From an uncultured Gammaproteobacteria bacterium (lineage in GTDB: Bacteria > Patescibacteriota > Microgenomatia > Levybacterales > UBA12049): 64,000 bases of DNA. The first letter of the stretch is position 1. Each line of letters starts with the position of its first letter. Below are positions 31,082-41,030 of this stretch, in pieces. The notes below the pieces were generated by a model. That model was not told where the DNA came from. It saw only the letters and a program-made list of their open reading frames with translations, and did not search any database. The stretch lies in the NCBI GenBank assembly GCA_964490105.1, contig CAZAZU010000001.1:434361-498360 (forward strand), in the 5' to 3' direction. The position numbers and the translations under genes are program-made.

Positions 31082-31986
31082 TAAATTTTGCCTTTTATTT
31101 TGTGGAAATATTTAGCAGCAATACTTTTTGATTCATCTGTCTTAATTTTTGAAAACCAATATCTTAAATCTTTACCAAATTTTCCGAGTTCTCCTTCAGT
31201 ACTTCTTAGAACTTCCTTTTCGTCAAATTTTTTAAATCCTTTTTTCTCCCAAACAATTGCCAGAACAATTAAGTGCGAAGAGGCCATTAAAAGCGAAAGA
31301 AATAATCCATGAATTCCATCCTTATAACCATGTCTTGCAAAATATCTACTTAAAAATTCTTTAGTTGGCGTACTAATTAAATCACCCGGAGTCAAAGCAT
31401 AATTTTTATTTATCAAATTATTTGCTTCATTTTGCGCATAATTTATCATATTTTTTTGAACAAACTGAATTATCGTTTCATAGTTATAATGAAGCATATG
31501 CTCTTTTAAGTAATCTGTTTCACCCTCTACCTGTATTCCCTCATGAACATGGCTATTTTTATATTCCCCTTTATTTTTTCTAAAAAGCCTTAGCTGGTGA
31601 TCTGGATACCAACCTGTGTATTCGATTTGTTTCCCAAAAATAATATTTTTTCTTGGAATAAAATATCCATTTTTTAAATTATTTTTTTTCAATAGTTCTT
31701 CAATCTCTCTCTGAAGTTCAGGAGTAACGATTTCATCTGCGTCAATTGACAGAGCCCAATCATTTTTAGCTTTTTTAAAACCTGCGTTTTTCTGAATATC
31801 AATTAGAAGAGGATCATTCGGTTGAGTTATTATGGATGTAGCATATTTTTTTGCAATATCAATTGTCTTGTCAGTAGATGAATTATTTATAACTATAATT
31901 TCATCGGCAAACATAACTGACTTAAGACAGTTTTCAATCTTATTTTCCTCATTAAATACTGAAATCACTACAGTTAGTTTTTGCAT
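31081..31986 (-). CDS. GT2 glycosyltransferase
   Basis: LTVVISVFNEENKI, IIVINNSSTDKT and SIDADEIV. Confidence 0.85.
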   Translation of the reverse strand: MQKLTVVISVFNEENKIENCLKSVMFADEIIVINNSSTDKTIDIAKKYATSIITQPNDPLLIDIQKNAGFKKAKNDWALSIDADEIVTPELQREIEELLKKNNLKNGYFIPRKNIIFGKQIEYTGWYPDHQLRLFRKNKGEYKNSHVHEGIQVEGETDYLKEHMLHYNYETIIQFVQKNMINYAQNEANNLINKNYALTPGDLISTPTKEFLSRYFARHGYKDGIHGLFLSLLMASSHLIVLAIVWEKKGFKKFDEKEVLRSTEGELGKFGKDLRYWFSKIKTDESKSIAAKYFHKIKGKI

Positions 31987-33428
31987 TAATGATAAAGATT
32001 TTTTATATCAGATATTATTTGTTTTCCTGATAATAAATAAATATTAGATATGTAAATTACCCCTCCTGAAATTATAACAAAGAAAAGAGTTAAAAGATTT
32101 TCAATTAATAAATCTGCAAGTATAAATGTACCTAATGCCATAATTATTGCAGCAATCGCGGGTTTGTAAACACTTTTAATAAAATTAAAATCTACTACTT
32201 TTTTAACCAGATAAATCGTAATGAATATTGTTAAAGTAACTACGAATGACGCAATAGCGACTCCATTAAAGCCCCAGAGATAAATAAATAGAGGTGTTAT
32301 GCTCCAGGTCATGAAAGTCCATAAAACCATTAGCTTTAATGTAGTTTTTACTCTGCCAGTTGCATCAAGCACATTTACAAGAACTGAGGACATCGAGGAA
32401 ACTATCGCATTAAGAGAGAAGAAAATAAGACTTAATAACGCTGGCTCCCATTTATTAGCCCACCCTGGAATATACATCATCATGTATGGTGAAACGATAA
32501 TTAGACCAACCAATAAAGGAAATAAGATAAGAGTTGTAAAAAAGAGTGACTTCTCAATTGCAGTTCTTAAAAAAACTTTATTGTCTTGAATTCTTGAGTA
32601 AGAAGAAAATGTAACTTTTGTAACACTATCAACAATATAACGGTAAACGAAAAATGCAATTCTTTGCGCAAATCCAATGTAACCAATTTGAGCGAAAGAT
32701 AAAAACTTAGTCAGGATTACTGTCAAGAAATCATCTTTAATTGTCGCAAGAATATTTTTTGCCTGGAACTGTACTCCAAATTTTAAATTACTAATTGAAG
32801 CTCTGTAAATCCCTACCTTTGGTTTCCATGGTGAAATTAGATAATAAAGAGGAATCCCGACAAGACTAGAAACAAGAAATGCCCATGAGTAACTATCAAC
32901 ACCGAATTTATTTAGAACGAGTGCGATAAGAATAATATTAAAAATTATTGATTCCCCAATCTGAGGAATTACAAGTTTTCCAAAATTAATATTTCTCTCA
33001 AGCAGAATTGAGGGAATCATCTTGAAGGATGAAAGAAAAATGGTAAAGACCAAAACTAATAGAAGTCTTCCGCCCTCATCATTAAGACCGAAGAATGATT
33101 TTATCTGTCCGATGAAGATTAAAAAAACGAGAAATATTCCAAAAGTTACTAAAAACTGAATTGTAAAAACTGTGGCAATATCTTCTTTTTTTAAATCTTC
33201 TTTTTTTTGAATTAATGCAGCTCCTAACCCAAAGTCTGTAATAAAACTTATTACTCGCTGAATTGCAACTACTGCAGTGTATATTCCCAGTTCTCTCGCA
33301 GATAAAATTACAGAGATCGTTAGGAAAGCTACAAAATTAATTAACTGAAGAATAAGGCTTCTACTTGCCAGCGCAAAAATTCCGTGAACGGTTTTCTGAG
33401 AAACTTTTTTTATATCCAGTTTGTCCAT
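31986..33428 (-). CDS. Wzx-like flippase of the MOP/PST family (oligosaccharide-lipid translocase)
   Basis: 480 aa with about 12-14 TM helices; the N-terminal region LILQLINFVAFLTISVILSARELGIY is typical of polysaccharide biosynthesis proteins. Confidence 0.7.
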   Translation of the reverse strand: MDKLDIKKVSQKTVHGIFALASRSLILQLINFVAFLTISVILSARELGIYTAVVAIQRVISFITDFGLGAALIQKKEDLKKEDIATVFTIQFLVTFGIFLVFLIFIGQIKSFFGLNDEGGRLLLVLVFTIFLSSFKMIPSILLERNINFGKLVIPQIGESIIFNIILIALVLNKFGVDSYSWAFLVSSLVGIPLYYLISPWKPKVGIYRASISNLKFGVQFQAKNILATIKDDFLTVILTKFLSFAQIGYIGFAQRIAFFVYRYIVDSVTKVTFSSYSRIQDNKVFLRTAIEKSLFFTTLILFPLLVGLIIVSPYMMMYIPGWANKWEPALLSLIFFSLNAIVSSMSSVLVNVLDATGRVKTTLKLMVLWTFMTWSITPLFIYLWGFNGVAIASFVVTLTIFITIYLVKKVVDFNFIKSVYKPAIAAIIMALGTFILADLLIENLLTLFFVIISGGVIYISNIYLLSGKQIISDIKNLYH

Positions 33429-33434
33429 TATTTG

Positions 33435-34163
33435 TTAGGGTTTTTGCTGCCAGGGTTTTGTAGAAAAAAGTCTCCACATCACTTTTATATCTCCCCAGAT
33501 AGTTGATACAAGTCTAACGGTTGACCCAGGGTTATCAACCCAATGAACTGGCTCTTCAAATATTTTATATCCGCTTTTTTCTCCGATAATTAATAATTCT
33601 CCGTCAAAAAACCAATCATTATCTTTAACCTTTGGTATAAGATCCCTAACTATCTTTTTAGTTACTCCTTTAAATCCGCACTGTGCATCAGTAAAATGCG
33701 TTCTAAACCAAAATTGAATAAAAAAGAAATTAAGAGTTCTTGACGTAATCTCTCTAAGCATTGTTCTTCCCTCCACTTTAGCGCCTTTTGCAAGCCGTGA
33801 GCCAATCGCTATGTCATATCCATTCTCAAGGGCTTTAAGGATGTTTGGAAGGTGCTTTAGATCAGTTGAAAGATCAAGATCCATGTACACACAATAGTCA
33901 GCTTCTGAACTACTCCATGCCCTCTTAACGGCCCTTCCTCTACCTTTCTCTTCTAGTCTAAAGAGTTGGATTCTTGGATTATTTTTAGATAAATTAGCAG
34001 CAATTATAGGCGTGTTATCGCTCGATGCATTATCAGCTATGGTTATTTTCCAATCGTACCCATTAAGGTTTTTGGAGCAATAATCCGCAAGCTTTTTTAC
34101 ATTTACTTCAAGCTCTTTTTCCTCATTATAAACCGGGATTGTAATTTCTACTGTAGGTTTCAT
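33435..34163 (-). CDS. GT2 polyprenyl-phosphate sugar synthase (DPM1/GtrB-like), short form
   Basis: ITIPVYNEEKEL, TIADNASSDNT and YMDLDLSTD. Confidence 0.82.
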   Translation of the reverse strand: MKPTVEITIPVYNEEKELEVNVKKLADYCSKNLNGYDWKITIADNASSDNTPIIAANLSKNNPRIQLFRLEEKGRGRAVKRAWSSSEADYCVYMDLDLSTDLKHLPNILKALENGYDIAIGSRLAKGAKVEGRTMLREITSRTLNFFFIQFWFRTHFTDAQCGFKGVTKKIVRDLIPKVKDNDWFFDGELLIIGEKSGYKIFEEPVHWVDNPGSTVRLVSTIWGDIKVMWRLFSTKPWQQKP

Positions 34164-35818
34164 TTTTGGTTACGCTTGGCATAAATTATACCAGCTACGA
34201 GGATTAAAACACCAGACAGAGTTAGCAAATTAGCTAATTTTTGAATCATAGTTTCTTCAAATTTACCTACTAATTCACTCTCCCCCTTTGGAACCTTAAC
34301 TATCACTCCTGTTTTAGATTCTAATGCTTCTACGCTTTCTCCATTAACATAATATTTCCATGACGGGAAATATGGAATGTGAATAGTCAATTCGTTTTCG
34401 ACATTTGATTTTATCTGAGCTGAAATCCTGTTTGTCTTGGTATTAAGATCCAAAACCTCAATATTTTCTCCGGTAATTTTTTCTTTAATTATTTCCTCAG
34501 GACTAACTGGCCTTAAAAATGATTTAGGCAAATACTCATCAGAAATTTTTGACGTGGTCCAATTTAAAGAATGTTTATTTGTATATTCTTCTGAGGTTTT
34601 TGTTAAATAACTTTGCGGAACAAATAATTTGGAGTATAAAATTATTGGCGACACAATGATCGAAACATAGACAAAAAGAAATAACAAATTATATTTTTTT
34701 AAATTTATTTTTGATAATGCATATACTACAGAACCTGCAAGAAATGATGAAAAGAAAGAGGCAGCTAAAAGAAACCTCCATGGGTATTGAAAATAATCCA
34801 TGTATGGAATTTTCCAAATTAAACTTGACTGACTCACCATTAAGAACATTACGCCCGTCAAGCAAATACCCACAATAAATATCACTATTGATTTAATTTT
34901 TTCTTTTTTGAATAAATAGACTCCTGCGATTATTGAGAATAGGGAAAATAAAATATGCAGCTTTCCAAGCCTAAAAGACAAACCATCAACGCAACCAGGA
35001 ATAGAGCCTCCAAACATCCAAGGACTATCCCAGAATTGCCTGACACAAACAAAATGATCCGCGTAATGCGCTTTTCCCCCAATTGTTGAAAGGACATTTG
35101 TATAGTTCATTTCAAGAAGTGTTGGGAGAAAATAAAATGACGCAATCAAGATACCAAGTACTGGAATTCCCAAAATGAGTACTCTTCTTTTTAATGTAAA
35201 CAAAATAAGTGCAGCTAATATTATGAACGGACTAATCATCATTGCAGTCAAATTATGAGATGCAATTATCCCAGTGTAAGATAAACTCCCAAGAATTATA
35301 AATAAGAAATTATTTGATTTGTAATACTTCCATAAAGAATAAAAAACTAAAGGAATAAAAAAATATGCATAAACTTCCCCTATGTCTCCCCTGACATAAA
35401 TATCTAGCGCATGGTATGGCGCATAAACATAAAAAGCGGCAGCAACTAATCCTCCGATCTTTCCCCAGAATTCTTTTGCCAATAAATACATAGCAAAAGC
35501 AGATCCAATTACTGCGACTGCAATCATTATTTTTGTAGCCGTTAATGCATCAAATCCTAAAAAATTAAAAAATGCGCCTATATAGTACGGTATCGGACCA
35601 TAAAAATTAAAAATAGGATATCCATATCCATAACCCAAATCAGGAACCCATCTCACTGGAAACATTCCATCAGTTAGTGCAACTTTCATCTCATGAACTC
35701 TCTGGATTTGAGTGTCGTCGTGAATATTAAAAAAACCAGATTTAAAAAGTGGAAGAACAGTTATAATACTTAGCATTAAAACAGTTAAGGCGGTTATTTT
35801 CTTTTTTAAAATTTCCAT
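34160..35818 (-). CDS. Polytopic membrane protein, family A
   Basis: 552 aa; HDDTQIQRVHE, DIYVRGDIGE, FQYPWRFL and C-terminal PYFPSWKYYVNG. Confidence 0.55.
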   Translation of the reverse strand: MEILKKKITALTVLMLSIITVLPLFKSGFFNIHDDTQIQRVHEMKVALTDGMFPVRWVPDLGYGYGYPIFNFYGPIPYYIGAFFNFLGFDALTATKIMIAVAVIGSAFAMYLLAKEFWGKIGGLVAAAFYVYAPYHALDIYVRGDIGEVYAYFFIPLVFYSLWKYYKSNNFLFIILGSLSYTGIIASHNLTAMMISPFIILAALILFTLKRRVLILGIPVLGILIASFYFLPTLLEMNYTNVLSTIGGKAHYADHFVCVRQFWDSPWMFGGSIPGCVDGLSFRLGKLHILFSLFSIIAGVYLFKKEKIKSIVIFIVGICLTGVMFLMVSQSSLIWKIPYMDYFQYPWRFLLAASFFSSFLAGSVVYALSKINLKKYNLLFLFVYVSIIVSPIILYSKLFVPQSYLTKTSEEYTNKHSLNWTTSKISDEYLPKSFLRPVSPEEIIKEKITGENIEVLDLNTKTNRISAQIKSNVENELTIHIPYFPSWKYYVNGESVEALESKTGVIVKVPKGESELVGKFEETMIQKLANLLTLSGVLILVAGIIYAKRNQK

Positions 35819-37446
35819 AATTTCTTAGCTCCTAATATTAATAGCGCAAATAAACTTACAACTGAAATTACATTACTTAGCATTCTAGTTGACGTCTCAC
35901 TAAATGATGCAGCAACAGTGTGATCTCCCGCAGGCAGTTCTAAATCCATAACTCCTCTAGTATTATTATAGTTTATTTTTTTTAGAGTGCCATTTACGCT
36001 AACTTTCCATCCAGGATAATATATTGTATTCATTCTAACAATTCCTTCCTGATTCAATTTAACTGCAAAAGTAATATTTTTGGAATTGAAAGAAATATTT
36101 TCTATGTATCCCGATCCTTTAATAATTTCAATTTTTTCTTTTGATCTTTCGAATGGAAATTCCTTAACCCAAAGCGGCATCAGTTCCTTCGAAGAAGTAG
36201 TAGTAGCATCATTTGTAAAATAAAATCCTTCTCCTCTATTTACATATTCTGATGGTTTTGAAAAAGGAATATAGAGAGCAAGAGCCATTAAAACTATTGC
36301 AAAAGATAAAATTTTAAAAAACCTAAAATTTGACAGACATCCCGCAAGCAGGGAAATAATTAAACCAATCTGAGATAAAACCACCCAAGGATAATTTATT
36401 TCTGAAAGAAGAGGAAGCTTCCAGACAAATTTCGATTCTTTAACAAGCAGAAATGTGAATATAAAAAATCCTAAAAATAAAACAATTACTAATGTTTCAT
36501 TTGATGTTCTTTTTAGTAAGTTTATTTTTCGTAGTAATAATGTTATGGAAATTAAACCCAATACAATAAGAAATGGCCAGCCAATTTGATATGTAAAAGG
36601 GCTGATTGGATCAGTCGGAGTTCCGTAACCCCATGGTGAATTTAAAAGTTGTTTTAAATTTACATAATATAAATTTCTATCAGCAATCGGGGTTTCTGAC
36701 AAAAGTATATTCGCCTTTTCTAAAAGCGCAGGTATCCAAAAAAATGCAGAAAGACCAAGACCTGAAATTAAAACAAAGAGATAATTTTTTAGAAGACTGA
36801 GATCATTCTTTTTAAAATTTCCGAGAAAAAATAATCCTAAAGTCAGCGTAAACAATATCGCCATAATATTATGAGAAGTAATTAAGATAGCGTAAGAAAA
36901 AGCTCCAACTAATTTAAATAAAATAGAATCTGGTTTTTTAATTAATGATGCAAAGGAATAAAGTACAATTGGAAAAAGCATAAATGCAAAACTTTCTCCA
37001 ATTGACCCTCTTACAAATAAATCAACTAGTCTGTACGGGAAATATAAATATAGAACAGAACTTATTATTCCCGCCCAATTATTTTCCCAAATCTTTCTGG
37101 AAGCCAAAAACATGAAAAAAGCAGATGTCGGGATTGTAATTGCAAACATTAATTTAACGGTATCCACAAATCCAATTCCCAACATGTGAATCGCAACTCC
37201 TAAATAGTACGGAAATGGATATGTAAAATTAAATAATGGATAACCATAACCGAAGTTCAAATTTCCACTATACCTTGCTGGTATCTGCATGTCCCGAAGC
37301 GTTCTGAACATATCTGAGAGTCTTACGACTGCCCACTCGCCATCATGGGTGGGAAAATATCCTGAGTGAATGTAAGGAATAAGAAGAGGGATAGAAATTA
37401 ATAAGGAAAAGATAAAAACTGGAAGATAAAATTTTACAAATCTCAC
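35806..37446 (-). CDS. Polytopic membrane protein, family A
   Basis: 546 aa; THDGEWAVVR, DLFVRGSIGE, INYPWVVLS and C-terminal YYPGWKVSVNG. Confidence 0.55.
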   Translation of the reverse strand: MRFVKFYLPVFIFSLLISIPLLIPYIHSGYFPTHDGEWAVVRLSDMFRTLRDMQIPARYSGNLNFGYGYPLFNFTYPFPYYLGVAIHMLGIGFVDTVKLMFAITIPTSAFFMFLASRKIWENNWAGIISSVLYLYFPYRLVDLFVRGSIGESFAFMLFPIVLYSFASLIKKPDSILFKLVGAFSYAILITSHNIMAILFTLTLGLFFLGNFKKNDLSLLKNYLFVLISGLGLSAFFWIPALLEKANILLSETPIADRNLYYVNLKQLLNSPWGYGTPTDPISPFTYQIGWPFLIVLGLISITLLLRKINLLKRTSNETLVIVLFLGFFIFTFLLVKESKFVWKLPLLSEINYPWVVLSQIGLIISLLAGCLSNFRFFKILSFAIVLMALALYIPFSKPSEYVNRGEGFYFTNDATTTSSKELMPLWVKEFPFERSKEKIEIIKGSGYIENISFNSKNITFAVKLNQEGIVRMNTIYYPGWKVSVNGTLKKINYNNTRGVMDLELPAGDHTVAASFSETSTRMLSNVISVVSLFALLILGAKKLWKF

Positions 37447-37448
37447 GA

Positions 37449-38990
37449 TTATTTTTGTTCAACTGAATAAACTGTGTAATATACACGATCATTCTTTTTA
37501 AACTCAGATATTTTTTTAAGCGGCCAGTCATCTGGCGCATCTCCTGCATACTCGCATGCGATGCAAGGCTGATAGAAGATAAAATATGTAGGCATTTTTT
37601 TTGCTGACTCTAAAACCTCAGCAGGTATTTCTTCAATAGGCCAATAACCTTTTATTATTACATTTGGATTATTTGCTAAATAAATTTCTAAAGCATATGG
37701 CATCAGACCGAAAGTTCCTTCTGTCCCTATAAATATTTTTTCATCTTTAGATTTATCTTCAAAAAACTTAACACTTTCCTTTACTCCGCCCCCCGCTGGC
37801 CAATCGCTAATATACTGCGCATTATCTGCACTAGCTATTGCTGCCTTAGAAGGATTGAATATAAAATCCATTGATACTTTTGCAGGGTAAAGTGTGAATA
37901 AAATGATTGCCAAAGCAGAAACCGCATAATAACTATTTAATTTTCTTTTACTTAAGTAATTATTTAGTAAATCAATAATTTGAGTAAGACCTACCGCTGC
38001 TAAAGGTAAAAGATAAAGACTCATGAAAAATATAAATCTAGGAAAAATTACTCTACCAAATAAAGCGAGAGCTATTAAAGGGAGCGCAAAGTAAGCTATG
38101 AGTAAAAGTTTTTCTTTTATAAATTTTTTGGATAAAAGCGAAACCAAAATTAAAATTAAATAAAATGGTGTGAGATAAGTAAAAAGCCATGTTAAAAGTC
38201 CTCTTAAATTTCCCAAAAATAAATTTATATTATCCATAATTGGAATACTGAATGGGTAATAAACAAAAATAGTATTTTTCTCTTTTATGATATGGAAAAA
38301 TGGAGAGAGTCTTAAGCTGTTATATAAAACCTCAGCAATTCCAATTGCTACAACCGCAAATAATCCCAACACAAATAATTTTTTTAATATTTTTTTCTGT
38401 TTAAAATTAAAAAGAATTAGCGTTAAGGGGAGAAGAATAATACTAAAGTTAGCGCTTGTCTTAGTGAGCATTCCTGCACCAAGTATAGCTCCTAAAATTA
38501 GGGCCACATCAAGCCTTAGTTTTCTGACTAAAAGAATTGAAAAATAAATTGCATAAATTGCGAAAGCCCCTACCAAACTGTCATAAAGAGCCAGGCGATC
38601 ATAAACTACTGCAAATGGATATGCCACATAAAGGATTGATGAGACAAATGCAGCTCTTTTGCTTTTAAATAATTCGTAGGTAAGTAACCATAATCCAATT
38701 AGAGAAAATAATCCGGCAACAACTGAAACAAGCCTCACAGCTACGATTGGGTCTTCAATAAGTCTTAAAAATATCATTCCAAACCAAATTAACATGGGTT
38801 GTTTTCCGTCAGTTAAAGAAATGAATCGCCAATTTGCATCTTGTGAAGCAATTTGTGCCCATCTTATGTAGAGAGCCTCATCTGTAAAAATTGGAAAGTT
38901 TCCAAGAATAATTAATCTTGAAACTAGAAAAGATATAAGAATTAGAAAACCTAAAAGAATTTCTTTTTTAAATTTTATAACTAAATTCAT
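37449..38990 (-). CDS. ArnT/PMT-like GT-C glycosyltransferase (divergent)
   Basis: GNFPIFTDEALYIRWAQ...DGKQPMLIW...AVRLVSVVAG. Confidence 0.7.
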   Translation of the reverse strand: MNLVIKFKKEILLGFLILISFLVSRLIILGNFPIFTDEALYIRWAQIASQDANWRFISLTDGKQPMLIWFGMIFLRLIEDPIVAVRLVSVVAGLFSLIGLWLLTYELFKSKRAAFVSSILYVAYPFAVVYDRLALYDSLVGAFAIYAIYFSILLVRKLRLDVALILGAILGAGMLTKTSANFSIILLPLTLILFNFKQKKILKKLFVLGLFAVVAIGIAEVLYNSLRLSPFFHIIKEKNTIFVYYPFSIPIMDNINLFLGNLRGLLTWLFTYLTPFYLILILVSLLSKKFIKEKLLLIAYFALPLIALALFGRVIFPRFIFFMSLYLLPLAAVGLTQIIDLLNNYLSKRKLNSYYAVSALAIILFTLYPAKVSMDFIFNPSKAAIASADNAQYISDWPAGGGVKESVKFFEDKSKDEKIFIGTEGTFGLMPYALEIYLANNPNVIIKGYWPIEEIPAEVLESAKKMPTYFIFYQPCIACEYAGDAPDDWPLKKISEFKKNDRVYYTVYSVEQK

Positions 38991-39014
38991 CTGTGTAAAT
39001 TATACTAGAAACCG

Positions 39015-40190
39015 CTATTCTTGTGCACCGATAGATTTAGGGAGCTTACCATAAACATAAACAAAAGCTATAAAAACTAACGGCGTTATAATAGTTAATG
39101 CGTTTCTAATTGGAACTCCGATTCCGTCCCAATTTCCAAAATAAAGTAGGACTGTATATCGAAACAATAATCCCAAAGACAAACCAATCGATAGGCTCAA
39201 AACATATTTATTTGGCTTAAGTAGTGCTACGAATGGAAGAACCCATATGAAATACCAGGGCTGAATTTCTATTTTAGATAGCGCATAACCTGATGCAATA
39301 AGCATAGAAATAATAGAAAGAATTATAAATTTATTATTATCTAGCTTCTCCTTAAAAGGAATAAAGCTTACGATTAAAGGCATCAATAATCCAATTGTAG
39401 GAATTTTTACCTGTGAAGAAATTATTACCAAAATAATTGCGAAGATTCTTTTTCTTAAAAAGTATAAATAAATTCCTGATAAAGCGAAAAAAACCATAAC
39501 AATGTCATGATGAGATGAAACTAGACTTTCAATGATTATCAGCGGGTTAAGTGCAAAAAATGTTGTGTTAAAAATAGCATGATCTGGATTTATTTTTTTA
39601 TTTATTTTGTAAATTAAAAATACCGATGCTAAGTAAAATCCTGTAATTAAAAACTTGAAAAGAAAAAAAGTTAGAAGAAAGATATTCATTCCAATAAATG
39701 AAACTGGAATCGTTAATCCTAGCCAAACAGGTCCATACGGATAGACTCTGTGCGTCCACCGCATAAAAGAAAGCATTGGATCCTCAGGATAGTCCATTGC
39801 TCGGTGAAAATATGGATTTTCGTGATAGAAAGTTACAATTTTTGCGTCGAAAATATAATTAAATAAATCATAAGAAAATGCATTATATGAAAATGAAAGA
39901 ATCGCAGCAGTAGAAACTATCAAAACAATCAAGTCTTTTATCTTTAAATCGTTTCTAATTGCTTTTCTTAAAAACCATACGTAGTAAGCAAACATTAAAA
40001 TTAATATTGAAATGAATAGAATCGTAGAAAGCGGCCGATTAAAATAACCTATATATTGAAAATTCTTTTGGATTGACTGCCAGATTGAAGCTTGAGAGAG
40101 CGTTAGGCTCAAGTCAATTTGAGTAAAGGAATAAAAAAAGAGCAGAACAATTACTAAAAAAAAGGAATATTTTCTGATCACCTCGATCAT
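39015..40190 (-). CDS. Polytopic membrane protein, family D (paralogue of 3517-4659)
   Basis: 391 aa; the shared motifs are listed under 3517-4659. Confidence 0.5.
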   Translation of the reverse strand: MIEVIRKYSFFLVIVLLFFYSFTQIDLSLTLSQASIWQSIQKNFQYIGYFNRPLSTILFISILILMFAYYVWFLRKAIRNDLKIKDLIVLIVSTAAILSFSYNAFSYDLFNYIFDAKIVTFYHENPYFHRAMDYPEDPMLSFMRWTHRVYPYGPVWLGLTIPVSFIGMNIFLLTFFLFKFLITGFYLASVFLIYKINKKINPDHAIFNTTFFALNPLIIIESLVSSHHDIVMVFFALSGIYLYFLRKRIFAIILVIISSQVKIPTIGLLMPLIVSFIPFKEKLDNNKFIILSIISMLIASGYALSKIEIQPWYFIWVLPFVALLKPNKYVLSLSIGLSLGLLFRYTVLLYFGNWDGIGVPIRNALTIITPLVFIAFVYVYGKLPKSIGAQE

Positions 40191-40945
40191 AGATTATATT
40201 TTCCTGAAAATTTATTTAATGTAATTTTTCCTAAATCAAAAATGCCATTTATAGAGTCTTTAATAGGACTTACTCTTCGAGACTCTACATAAAGCCATTC
40301 TACTGGAACTTCTTTAATCCTATACCCCATTTTATTTGCAAGGAATAAAAGCTCAACGTCAAAACCGGCTGTAACGTTTGATCCATGAATCTCTGAAAAG
40401 CCATTATGGAGCGTATTTATTTTCTTAAATAGCCTATCTGCAGCTTCTTCGGTAAACATTTTAAACCCACATTGAGTATCTTGAATCTCATAAATTCCCA
40501 CCATAGCTTTTCTAAGAATTATCATACTTCTAGACATCACACGCCTGGAAAAAGGCGAACCTTTTCTACTTCTGCTTCTAGAGCCGATCACAACATCATA
40601 GTTCTTTTCAAAAAAAGGCAAAAGCTTTTCTGCCTCCTCAATTGGCGTTGCCTGATCCATATCAGTAAAAAGACGAATTTCTCCTCTAGCCTCTAACATT
40701 CCTTTTGTAACAGCACCTTCTTTTCCGGAATGTGACCCTTTTATCAATCTAAAATTTTTGTTTTCTTTGGCATATCTCTCGGAAAATTCTGAAGATCCAT
40801 CGTCTGAACCATCATCAACAATAATTACTTCATATGTATATTTTTGACGAGTTAAATAATGATCTATTTTATCCAGTACACCTTTTCGAAGATTGGGCAT
40901 TTCATTATATGAGGGGATAACAACGGAGAGATAAACTTTATTCAC
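40187..40945 (-). CDS. GT2 polyprenyl-phosphate sugar synthase (DPM1/GtrB-like)
   Basis: LSVVIPSYNEMPNL, VIIVDDGSDDGS and LFTDMDQATP. It is the first gene of the long minus-strand run. Confidence 0.82.
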   Translation of the reverse strand: MNKVYLSVVIPSYNEMPNLRKGVLDKIDHYLTRQKYTYEVIIVDDGSDDGSSEFSERYAKENKNFRLIKGSHSGKEGAVTKGMLEARGEIRLFTDMDQATPIEEAEKLLPFFEKNYDVVIGSRSRSRKGSPFSRRVMSRSMIILRKAMVGIYEIQDTQCGFKMFTEEAADRLFKKINTLHNGFSEIHGSNVTAGFDVELLFLANKMGYRIKEVPVEWLYVESRRVSPIKDSINGIFDLGKITLNKFSGKYNL

Positions 40946-41030
40946 TCACTGATTATACGAAAAAAAACGCTCTCAAACAAATCCCTAAAACTGGAAGTTA
41001 TGCGTAATTTAAGGTAAAATATAGCCACTA

